Shown: piece after piece, positions 23,311-33,033 of the stretch
Numbering within the stretch: the first letter of the stretch is position 1
Layout: the number at the start of each line of letters is the position of its first letter
From: Atractiella rhizophila
Lineage: Eukaryota
Length of the DNA stretch: 33,033 nt
NCBI GenBank assembly: GCA_021432655.1
Contig: MU271241.1
Span: forward strand, 93,988 to 127,020
Direction of reading: 5' to 3'
Program-made: the position numbers and the translations under genes
Notes under the pieces: generated by a model
What the model was told of the DNA's origin: nothing
Database searches by the model: none
The model's input: the letters and a program-made list of their open reading frames with translations, nothing else

Positions 23311-25689
23311 ATGTCAATCGAAACTCCTCCCCTCACCAGCACCTCGTCCTCTTTCCACACGACTGAGTCCTCGTTTTCTACGTCAAGTGTCAGTCGAGCA
23401 CGATTGCCGAAATGCCCTTCTTGCGGACACGAGCTTACCCACGACGACTTGCTTGTGGTTCATGGGGACCTGGAGAGGAAATTACCTGGGGTGGATCTGG
23501 AATTTGCGAGACACTTTTTGAGGAAGTCATCCTCTGACAGCGAGGACGAAACTGAAGCAGAAGAGAGGGAAGGAGAGGCGAATGTAGGGAGGAGAAGGAG
23601 TAGGAAGGGGAAGGAGAGGGAGGCAGTGGGTACTGTACAGAGGTTGGTGAGCTTAGTGGAAAAGTTGGTGCGTCCTTCCCATCAGGCGTATGAATGTGGT
23701 GGGAATGGAGCTCAATATTCTTCTTTTTGCATATATTGTTACTAGTCGGACCAGCTTTCCTCTTCGCTTGCGCTCCAGGAAGACATCCAAGCGGAGCTCA
23801 AGATTGCCCAATCCAACCTTGTCCTTGCAGAAGCCAATGCAGAGGCACTTGAACAGGCGCTGCGGCGTAGGAGGGAGTCTTCTTCTACCTCTCGCCACGA
23901 GCACTATCCTGGTTCTGCAGGATCACATCGTCGTACCAACTCGAACACATCCGGGTGGTCATCGACGCTTTCTACTCCGATGTTTAACAACGGTTTTCAC
24001 TCCCCGAAGATCGAGGAAGAGGATCTAGCGGTTGAGAGGGTGGAGGAGACTAAGCCAGAGCAACAAACAGGGTCAAGGTTCTGGAGGCTTGGTGGGAAGA
24101 AGAAGAATTCGTCGAATGGCTCAACTCCAAACCAGACTCCACCGTTACCGAGCACCACAACCATTTTCTTCCCTGGCATTCCAACACCGCCGAGCGGGAA
24201 GGGAGCAAGGCTGGACTCGTACATGCCTCTCACGCCGACCAGCTCTGGCTCGGAACACAGTATGCCTCAAATGCATTTGAATGGGATGAGGACCTACAGC
24301 GATCTCACTCCTCTGTCTGGCGAGTCAGCACGCATCGTGCAACTCACAAACAATCTCGAACAACTTTCTCTGCGTATTCAGGAACTCGAAGCGAGCAACT
24401 CCACGCTCAATTCGGATAATGTTACTTTAAGTATATCGAATGAGAAGGTGCGGAAGGAAAACGAGGAGTTGGTCAAGAACCACCAGGCGTTGCAGGAGGA
24501 AGTGGAGAATTTGTCAGCCGTTTTATTTGAGGAGGCGAATAACATGGTTGCGAAAGAAAGGCAGGAGAGGGCGGAGGAGAAAGAGGGATTGCAGACCCGG
24601 ATTGACGAATTGGAACGGGAGATATTGCTACTGAAGGATAGACTGATTGGGATGGAGAGGGAGCGGGAGAAGGAATCAGAGATTAATACTCCTAGGATCG
24701 CGCCGATATTTGAGAAGGAGAGAACACCATCCATTGCTTCCTCAGCCTCCTCGGCCGAAACCAAAGACGTCTCAGCTCCTACCAGGCCGAAGCGCACGAG
24801 ATGGTTCTCTTTCGGTCGCTCAGCCTCGGCAGAGAACCAAGAAAAGAGCTTGCCTGCCGTACCACCAATCCCTCCCATGCCAACCGCGTCATCTCTCGAT
24901 GTGCAACCAAATATGCGCTCTCCACGAGAAAGGACAATCAGTGCCCCGATTTCTCCCTCTGCAACGCAACTCAGAACTCCAATCGCTCGCATGCCCTCAG
25001 CTTCTACCTTCTCGACTGTTCCACCGTCTCCTATTCTTTCTCACAACGAACGAGGCTCGTCAGAAGATTCATCCATCACTCCCATCAGTGGGACCTCGAG
25101 TTTACCTGATGATGTGAAGAGCGACTTGCTGTCTCCTGACGCCTCACTCAAGCGGAAGCACAAGCCGTCTCCCCTCTCATGGATAGGAACACAGAAGGAT
25201 GACTCGCTCCCTTCCCTCGCCATCCCTTCCCCGCGCCGGCGGGCTCAGTCGAATAATGAGCGACCAGTCTCTATGCTCTCCGTCTCTTCAGCCCATTCAC
25301 TTCCTTTGACTCCAAAGTCCAAGCCATCGAAAAAGCGCAGCATGATCTTCTTTGATGCTCCCCGATCCGCCAGTGCATTGGATATATCGTCCTCTTCCAA
25401 AAAGAAGGGACGAACCGTACCCGTGCGCTCACACACGGATTACAACCTCCTTAATCCTGAACGCACGGCTGTGCCACATCTCCCTCCAACTCTCATGCTT
25501 GATTTTGAACGAACACAAATGGACGCAGTTCCGTTCCCTTCATCCTCAAAATCGGATAGTTTTATCCTGAATGGCCGAAACTTCGTTAAAGGTGAACCGG
25601 ACGATCTGATGCAAGGCATTATTTCTTTGGGTAAAGAACGTGGGTTTTCAGAAATGTTTGAAGGGGAAAAGGAGAAATCCACGTCATAG
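23311..25689 (+). CDS. Sec2p-domain (Rab GEF-like) coiled-coil protein
   Basis: Sec2p signature LQEEVENLSAVLFEEANNMVAKER within a long coiled coil. The 78-nt intron 23668-23745 joins exon 1 in frame to SDQLSSSLALQEDIQAELKIAQSNL. Long Ser/Pro-rich C-terminus. Confidence 0.8.
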
Positions 25690-26195
25690 TTGAACATCCA
25701 TGTTATAGTAGGTATTTTTCTTGGCGGTTTCTACCTTATTGAAGAGACCGGATCAGATTTTTCGGTTTTCATGCCGTCCTGCGCGACCATAGATCAACTC
25801 GTAATTGTTTATCAGTACATCCATCAAACACTCCGGAATTCGTTTCTTCTTCAGCAGCATCAGTTCAAGTTCACCATTGCAACGGCCTCATGCACCTTAC
25901 GCCCCAAAGAACCAATGACCATAATGCATTATGTCCTCAGTCCTTTCTTTGAACTATCGCTTTATAGAAGGTGGTGTAGACTCGGTAGTCAGTTCTTCGG
26001 GATTCGATGTTCGAGCGGGCTCTGTGCAATGCACATATTCTGAAATAGCATTAGTTTTACTCCTTCATTCGGCTTCCAACTGCAGATCCCTTCAAGAAGC
26101 AGGCAATCACGGAAAACATTACACTGAAGGGTATATATATAATTTGACATTCAAGGTGTATATAAACATATTCATCAAAAAAATGAAACTTCGCT

Positions 26196-28271
26196 TCAGG
26201 TTGGACCGACCAGCTGGTAAACCGTTGTAACGACCAAACTGGAAAGTTGTTTGGGATCCATCTTATAAACCGACATGATCAACGACATGCCGATACTGCC
26301 AGATTGTTAGGACAGATCGAATGAAAAGAGAAGAAAAGACGGCACCTAGAAAGAATGACCTCTCCTCCTGGCACGAAAGGTACATAACGCTTTCTCCTCG
26401 CCATGCTCCACGCCGACTCCATCGCTTTCGGAATGACATACATCGCCAGTTCAGCCCGCCGCTTCTTTTCTTCAAAGAAGAGAGCGAAGCAAGTGCAGAA
26501 ACCTGTTCCATCCAACGATTACTTGCCCGTCATATAACATTTAAAGCTGAGGTACGAACCGCAGAACCACCAGTAGAGTTTCGCCGTGAAAAACTTCTGG
26601 ACAATGGTAGGGAGGTTCTTGAAATAATCCGACTGTGTCACGCCTATTCGAGAGCAGTAAAGACCGATGTATACGGCGCAAAAACCGCCTAGGAAGGATG
26701 ACGACCGAATACTGCCCTTCAGAGACCGCCAGAGGAAGTGCATCGGATCTTTAAGGAATGCTTTCCTTCGGAGCAAGATGGGCGGGATGAAGTGCAGAGA
26801 GGCATAGACAGGGAATGACCACTGCGCGACGCTCTTGAAGCGATCCAAGTTTGCACTGAAATGTGGCCTATTAGTTGCGGTAGAATAAAGCAAGCGACTG
26901 CATACTGAACACAAGAATCTGAAGCCGGATGCATTAATGCGCTTAGAAACAAAGTCAGCTGAATTCTAGTCTCGCGTTAAGAAAACGTACTGATTTAGTG
27001 TGTAGTGTCCATAATCTCCATCCTTCGCTTTAACAATCATATCTTCAAGGATAGCCTTGTTCTTGGGAGTGATACCTGGCCAGTTCAAGCTCTATATCTC
27101 TGTTAGCATTCGTGAAACGATCAACCCAGCAAACTGACAGCGTAGACTTCATCAACTTCAAACTTGCCGTACCGCATTCGATCTCCAACGACTTTAGAAG
27201 CGGGAAGGGGACCATTAGATGCTCGTGCAATCCAATGACTGTAACCCCTTGCCAAATTTTCATTGGACACAATCCAAGCGTACATCTAGCTCTATTCAGC
27301 TTTCCTTCCTCGAATTGGGGCAGTACGAACGATTTGACCACAACTCAGTCCGAATAGCCAAACTGCTCCATTAGGCAGCCTCCATCTTCCCTGCGAGTCT
27401 AAAGAATTGAATACTCCTTGAAATCCTCTCACTAGGACTTGCTCTCCAATGGCCACTCTCCTATCCCGCCTCTCGAAGAAGACGGCTAACCCAGCGGCGA
27501 AACCGGCCACTGAATGATGCCAGAGCTTCTCCCTTTCCTTCGAGTCGAGAAGCCGTAGACCGTGAGAAAAGAGACGGTAGATGCAGGAGAAACCGCCCAA
27601 CGTCATACCCAGCCGGAAGGAGTTCAACGCGACGAGCTTGAAAAGTTGAAGGTAGTATCCTTGTCGTTTAGGACCTTTAGAGCGTCCGATGAGAGTCACG
27701 AGGATGAGGAACACGTCCATCGCAGAGTTGAGAGAGACTCCGAGGAAGAAACTCCCTTCGCGGCGACAGCAATTTAGCAGTGTGTTTAAGACCAGATAGA
27801 AGTATGCTCACTCAGAAAGCCACGAACAGAGTGGACAACCAACTGATCCCAATCTGCCGGTCTCTTGACTCCCTCGCCTTTCCGTCTCCAAACCATCCGC
27901 TTGCCATGATTTCCTAGCTCTTCGACAGGAAGAGCACCCATCTGCAACAAGCTCAGGGTCCTCCTCAATTCTCCATACGTCTCGGCCAAACTCGGAGTTT
28001 TCGCTCCATCCTCAGCCTCTGGAATGGAAGGGTAAGATTTCGAACGACGAAATTCGGTTGATGGAGATGGTGGATCTGTAGGTGGTGAAGGCGGAATGGA
28101 AGAAGAGGAATAGATTGAGGTTATTGGGGTGAAGTTGAGCTGAAAGCGCGTCTTCTTCTTGGTCGCTGGGGAGGAAGGTTCAGAGTATGCAGGTTCTGAC
28201 ACCGCTTTCGGGATTGGGGAGGTAGGAGAGGATGGGGGCGAGTCTTCTTCGTGCTGAGATTCGGGAGACAT
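26196..28271 (-). CDS. TMEM135-like peroxisomal/mitochondrial multi-pass membrane protein
   Basis: Two similar membrane halves: SVAGFAAGLAVFFERRDRRVAIG...VLVRG and CFALFFEEKKRRAELAMYVIPKA. Also PVYASLHFIP and SIRSSSFLG. The last exon ends VYQLVGPT*. Several introns. Confidence 0.8.
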
Positions 28272-29355
28272 GGTTCTTTCAGTTCCTGCGTCAGAATCAG
28301 TTTACCACTCGTATATAAAGAACGGGCAAATGTACGTTTATATGCGAGGTTTCAGGTGAAAAGAAGAGGACAATAAATTCGTCTGCCTGATGATGGAGTC
28401 GCTTAGCGTCATGCCCTGCCACATTCCCCAAAGAGTGCAAAGACATCAATAACTCACCAGTCTAGATTCTAGTGATTCGCATCAATCCCTGCTATATACC
28501 ATTAATGTGTCTGAGCTCCTCCCAGCTGCCCCTGGCACGATACAAATACCCCAACGGTTGTCTTGATTCCGGCCAGTTATTGGGGTTGCCGTGTAGAAGT
28601 TGACGAGAAAGCCGGTAAGCCGATAAGGTTTGAACTTACTCATGAGCAAATCCGACCGCTGTTCTCAAGTGAGTGAAGAAACTCGAATTCGAACAGTTGC
28701 AGGATAATCTGGAAGAGTGGGCTGATAAATTGTCACAAAAGGCTCGGAGGCATAAGTGAGTCCTTATTATGTTGTTTCCCTTTTGAATCACGACTTTGAG
28801 CTGGATTTTGAGCACGAGAGTCTTAAGCCAGCTTCAGCAAAGGTCCAAAGGATAACTTCCTCTGTCACTTTTGTGTACCTTTTCTTCAAATACGCTGCTC
28901 CACTCTATCACTAAACAGAGCGTGATTATTGGTCTCAGCCACCGTTCTCCGTATCGTCCAGCTGTTAGCCAGAAAATCTTCGGAAGACACGCCGATTCTA
29001 CCATTCCATCATTGCTTACCAGTAGTATTCAGCCATTGCTCTGATGGTTCATCTTTTGGGAATCCCAAAGTGGCACTCTTCCACTTAGCATGCAATCGTT
29101 CACAACCAAGCATCACCATATTACATTGCAAGGCTCATATTGTGGTACTGGAGCATTCAGGAATGACCACGATCAAAAACGCGTACTCTGTTTTGAATGC
29201 AATGGTTGTTGTCAAAGACCCGCTGCTTTACATTCCATCACCAAATAACCTAGAAGCTTGTGTCTGCATGGATCCCATAATGGTGATTGACGATTTGTCT
29301 TTTTCAGTAAACAGTTCAGTTGAGCTCGTCCTCAAGCTCGTCCTCAATTGCAGCC

Positions 29356-30271
29356 ATGTCCCTGAGGCAGCTTCAAAATACACTTTCGCGGAATATCTCC
29401 ATTCGAGTGACCCTCGGCCACCGCTCTGCACCAGTCTGCTCGCATCAGGCTTTCACCTTTCGAAGCCGTCCATCACTTTCCCAACGTTTTCTTCACTCTT
29501 CTCGGCCTCTTTCATCCTCTCGGAACCCATCGGGGCAAACTTTGGCTCAACTCCGTACAGCTCAGCGTCAGCAAAAGACCCGGCAAAAAACCGTCACCTC
29601 TGCGCTCTACTTCGTTTCCATCACCCTTCTCTTCACAGGTCTCTCCTATGCCGCCGTTCCACTCTATCGCGCCTTCTGCTCGGCCACCGGATTTGGTGGC
29701 ACACCAATCACGTCTCAGGGGCGTTTTGCGGCTGACAAACTTGTTCCGAGGGAAGGAAGTGAGAGACGAATCTCTGTTCGTTTCAATGCAGATTCGAGTG
29801 ATGCCCTCAAGTGGAAATTCACCGCTAGTCAGAAAGAGGTGAAAGTCAGACCGGGGGAAACTGCTCTAGCTTTCTTTAGGGCGAAGAATTGGGGAGAGGA
29901 CGACATCATTGGCATTGCCACCTACAACGTCACACCTGACAAGGTGAAGTCCTAATCTTTCTTCTCTCAAAAACGACAAGAGCAGTCCTGATTTGAGGTA
30001 CGCACAGATTGCACCATATTTCGCTAAAGTGGAATGTTTCTGTTTCGAAGAACAACGATTACTGGCGGGAGAGGAAGTAGATCTCCCAGTGTTCTTCTTT
30101 ATCGATCGCGACATGTTGGACGACCCGGCAGTGAAAGATGTGAACGACGTAATTCTGAGCTATACATTCTTCAAGGCGAAGAGGAATAAACGAGGCGATC
30201 TCATCCCCGACCCTTCGAGGTCGGACGTGAAAGACGGACGGAAAGGAGAGCATAACATCGTTGAGGATTGA
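29356..30271 (+). CDS. COX11: Cytochrome c oxidase copper chaperone COX11 (CtaG/Cox11)
   Basis: Presequence-like N-terminus, TM segment ending SYAAVPLYRAFCSATGFGG, then VRPGETALAFF and GIATYNVTP. Intron 29944-30007 is followed by YFAKVECFCFEEQ, the Cu-binding CFC motif. Confidence 0.95.
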
Positions 30272-30721
30272 ACACCGTTCATGCTAATTTATTTACTACA
30301 ACTACTCATGATGCTTGCAAATTAGATGGTACCACTCAATCTAAACCTCTGAATGGTTCCAAGCTCTGAAGCTTTAGATCTACAGTTCGCACATTGGAGG
30401 CTGTCTAAGGAAATGTGATCTATTACGACTTCTAGCTCAACCACCCAAAACGCCATCCACAGACCAACCCACGTTCCCAAAATCCTTACTCCAAGTAAAG
30501 TAATAACAAGTGAAAGAGCAAAGGAGCGGAATTGATTAGTGAAATAGCGAAAGTACTTTAAGGGTGGGTGAGTGAGGGGAACCAAGTATTTTCTGATGGA
30601 ATCGATGAAATATGCTACGCGTTATAGTTCTAGGTAATGCTTCAAACGTAGAGAACGGAAAGTTTTTCCTGCTGTAGTTTATTGTGTTTATGCGAGTAAT
30701 TTGTGGAAGGGGACGACTGTT

Positions 30722-32531
30722 TTAAAAGGAGCTCCCTCGTCCGATGGTCTCGACGTGGAATCCGATCTTCGTAAGCTTTTTGGCGTCCAAGATCAACCTG
30801 CCATCGAAAACAAAGGCGGGCTTGTTCATCGACTTATAAATGGCTTCCCAGTCCAGCGTCTTGAACTGTTTCAAGATGATACATGTCAGCATTATGGACA
30901 ATCCAAAAAGGTGAACGAGTTCGAACCTCATCCCATTCTGTCGCGATGATCACTCCTTCCGAACCAAGGCAAGCATCCATCGCAGTGGTGCAGATGGTCA
31001 CTTTCGATTCTAGTGTGCAGGTAGCGTGTCAGAAAATGGAGCGATGCAAAGATGACATATGCTACGGACCTGCTTTGTCTCCAGGTACTCCAAGGTCGGT
31101 CCAAATTTGAGGCTCAGGAACCTTAGGATCGTAAATTGACACCTTTGCTCCTTCAGCCATGAAGTGCTTGCAGAGCGTGATGGCTGCAGACTCCCTCGTG
31201 TCTCCTGTATCCTTCTTGAAAGCGAAACCTAAGACGGCGATCTTCTTGTTGGTGATAGTGTTGAAGAGTTTGGAGACGACTCGATGACAGAACCGGCGCT
31301 TTTGGTATTCGTTCATCTCAACTACGTCATGACAATATCAGCTTATCCACATCGGAGTCGTCGGAGAGACAAGGCGTACCAACTTGTTTCCAGTAGGCTG
31401 CAACCTCAGGGAGATGCAAACTCTCGCTCAAGTAAACAAGGTTGAGGATATCTTTTTGGAAACAGCTTCCTCCGAACCCGACACTGGCCTTCAAGAACTT
31501 AGGGCCAATACGAGAGTCGAGACCGCAAGCAGCAGCGACTTCGTCTACATCTGCGCCGGTAGACTCGCAGATGGCAGACAGAGCATTGATGGATGAAATC
31601 CTTTGAGCAAGGAGAGCATTTGCGGCCTATCCAATGCTCGCTTAGCCAGAATGTACTTCTGTGAAAAAGACACGTACCAGTTTTGAAAGCTCACTGCTCC
31701 ACAAGCCAGTCTTGAAGACATTTTTCTTGGGTACCCAGTTCTCATAAACTTGACTCAAGCTCTCGCAAGCGTTCCGGCCTTCAACGGTGTCGAGGCTACC
31801 AATAAGGACTCTGTCGGGAGCAAGTAAATCGCGAATGGCAGTCCCTTCGGCCAAGAATTCGGGGTTGGAAAGGATGTCGAATCTCAGAGATGAAGAAGAG
31901 TTGGCCTCTAGGATGGTTCGCATGGAAGAAGCGGTGCGAGCAGGAACCGTTGACTTTTCGACGACGATCTTCGAGGATTGAGCGACGGCGGCGATTCTTC
32001 GCGTACAGGCTTCAACATAGCTTGAAAATCCGACATCATCAAATCAGCTACATTCATTTATTTCAGAAGCGGAGTGTGCAAAAAACCGACGTGAGATCTG
32101 CCGCGTAGCCAGCTCCAACACCGTTCTTTTTCGTTGGGGTGTTAACGCTGACGAAGATGAGGTCTGCCTCTTTGATCGCTTTGTCGATGTCGGTATCGAA
32201 GAATAGATTCTTTCCTCGAGTCTGACGAACAATGGCTTCAAGTCCCGGTTCGAAGATGGGGAGTTTGAAGTCTGGATCGTTCCAGGCATTGATTCTTCGA
32301 GCATCGATGTCGACAATCGTGACCTTGACATCCCCAACTATGCTTCAGCGTCTCATGCCACTTCAAACCCTTAGAAAGGTCAGGGAAAGAGGAACATACG
32401 GTGATATGAGGACACTTATGCGCGATGACAGTGCAGGTAGGACCTCCGACATAGCCAGCTCCAATGCAAGCAATCTTTCTGATTTTTATGGGTCCATCAG
32501 AGATTGACTGAGTTCTGTTGTGGGAGGCCAT
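30722..32531 (-). CDS. UGD1: UDP-glucose 6-dehydrogenase
   Basis: [13 protein letters not shown] (Rossmann fold), [38 protein letters not shown] (catalytic Cys), [15 protein letters not shown] and FVFDGR. Multiple introns. Confidence 0.95.
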
Positions 32532-33033
32532 AGTAGAATATGGGACAACGCTGAAAGAGGTGAAAGCTGTAAGGTGTAAGGGATATGGTCAAACGTGGAC
32601 TGAGCTCGTCGTTTTGCAAGTGGAAATCATCTGCAAGCTAAAGTTCCGAAAGCGCGACACGAAACCACCACCAACCAAACTTCGGATCCAGCATTCTCCA
32701 GTCTGACGCGGCATTGCGAGGACCTACAATGTCTGGGCTACAGCCATACGTAAATGGTGAGCTTGAATGCTCACCCCTTTTCTTTCGCTGAACCATTCAA
32801 GCCAGAACCTGATGAGCTTTCTTAAGGACGAGTGCTCGTGATAACCCAGGATGGACGTGTAATTCTTGTGCGTTTGAACTGTCTACCGTCTTCAATCGTT
32901 GCAGAAGTCATGACTTTGCGATTTAGGGCGATTTACAGGGTTTTGACCAAACGACGAACATCATCCTGTCCAGCTCAGTGGAGCGGGTGTTTTCGCCTGA
33001 AGAAGGGGTGGAGGAGGTGCCCTTGGGCCTTTA

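Noticed and set aside
28929..29735. 268-aa + strand ORF overlapping COX11
   Set aside because: It has a non-ATG start, overlaps COX11 in another frame and contains no recognisable motifs. Probably a shadow ORF.
30322..30585. Hydrophobic 87-aa minus-strand ORF between COX11 and UGD1
   Set aside because: It has a non-ATG start, lies in a convergent 3' region and has no supporting motifs.
32808..32845. CTGATGAG resembling a hammerhead ribozyme core
   Set aside because: No GAAA follows the candidate stem II, and stems I and III could not be built. The same holds for CTGATGA near 23123.
32968..33033. AGCTCAGTGG resembling a tRNA A-box/D-arm
   Set aside because: No TTCGA T-loop or acceptor stem is visible before the window ends.

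Overview
This is a gene-dense, intron-rich eukaryotic window. Short GT-AG introns of about 45-80 nt with GTGCGT/GTTCGT/GTAAGT donors and CTGAC/CTAAC branch points point to a basidiomycete fungus (lineage inferred, not proven). It holds 13 protein-coding loci. In order they are: a partial Moco-sulfurase-like PLP enzyme, a Upf1/DNA2-NAM7-like SF1 helicase, mitochondrial ribosomal protein S5, a multi-TM hybrid histidine kinase, a SAM methyltransferase, ERG5/CYP61, an atypical PUF protein, COX16, a NUDIX hydrolase, a Sec2-domain protein, a TMEM135-like protein, COX11 and UDP-glucose dehydrogenase. Two anomalies stand out. First, a ~1.7 kb head-to-tail duplication of the ERG5 promoter and 5' coding region leaves a truncated, heme-less second copy whose coding differences are mostly synonymous. 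Second, there is a frameshift inside the helicase Walker A motif. I found no tRNA, rRNA, CRISPR array or intact mobile element, and no convincing new multi-gene system. Exon boundaries were called by eye.
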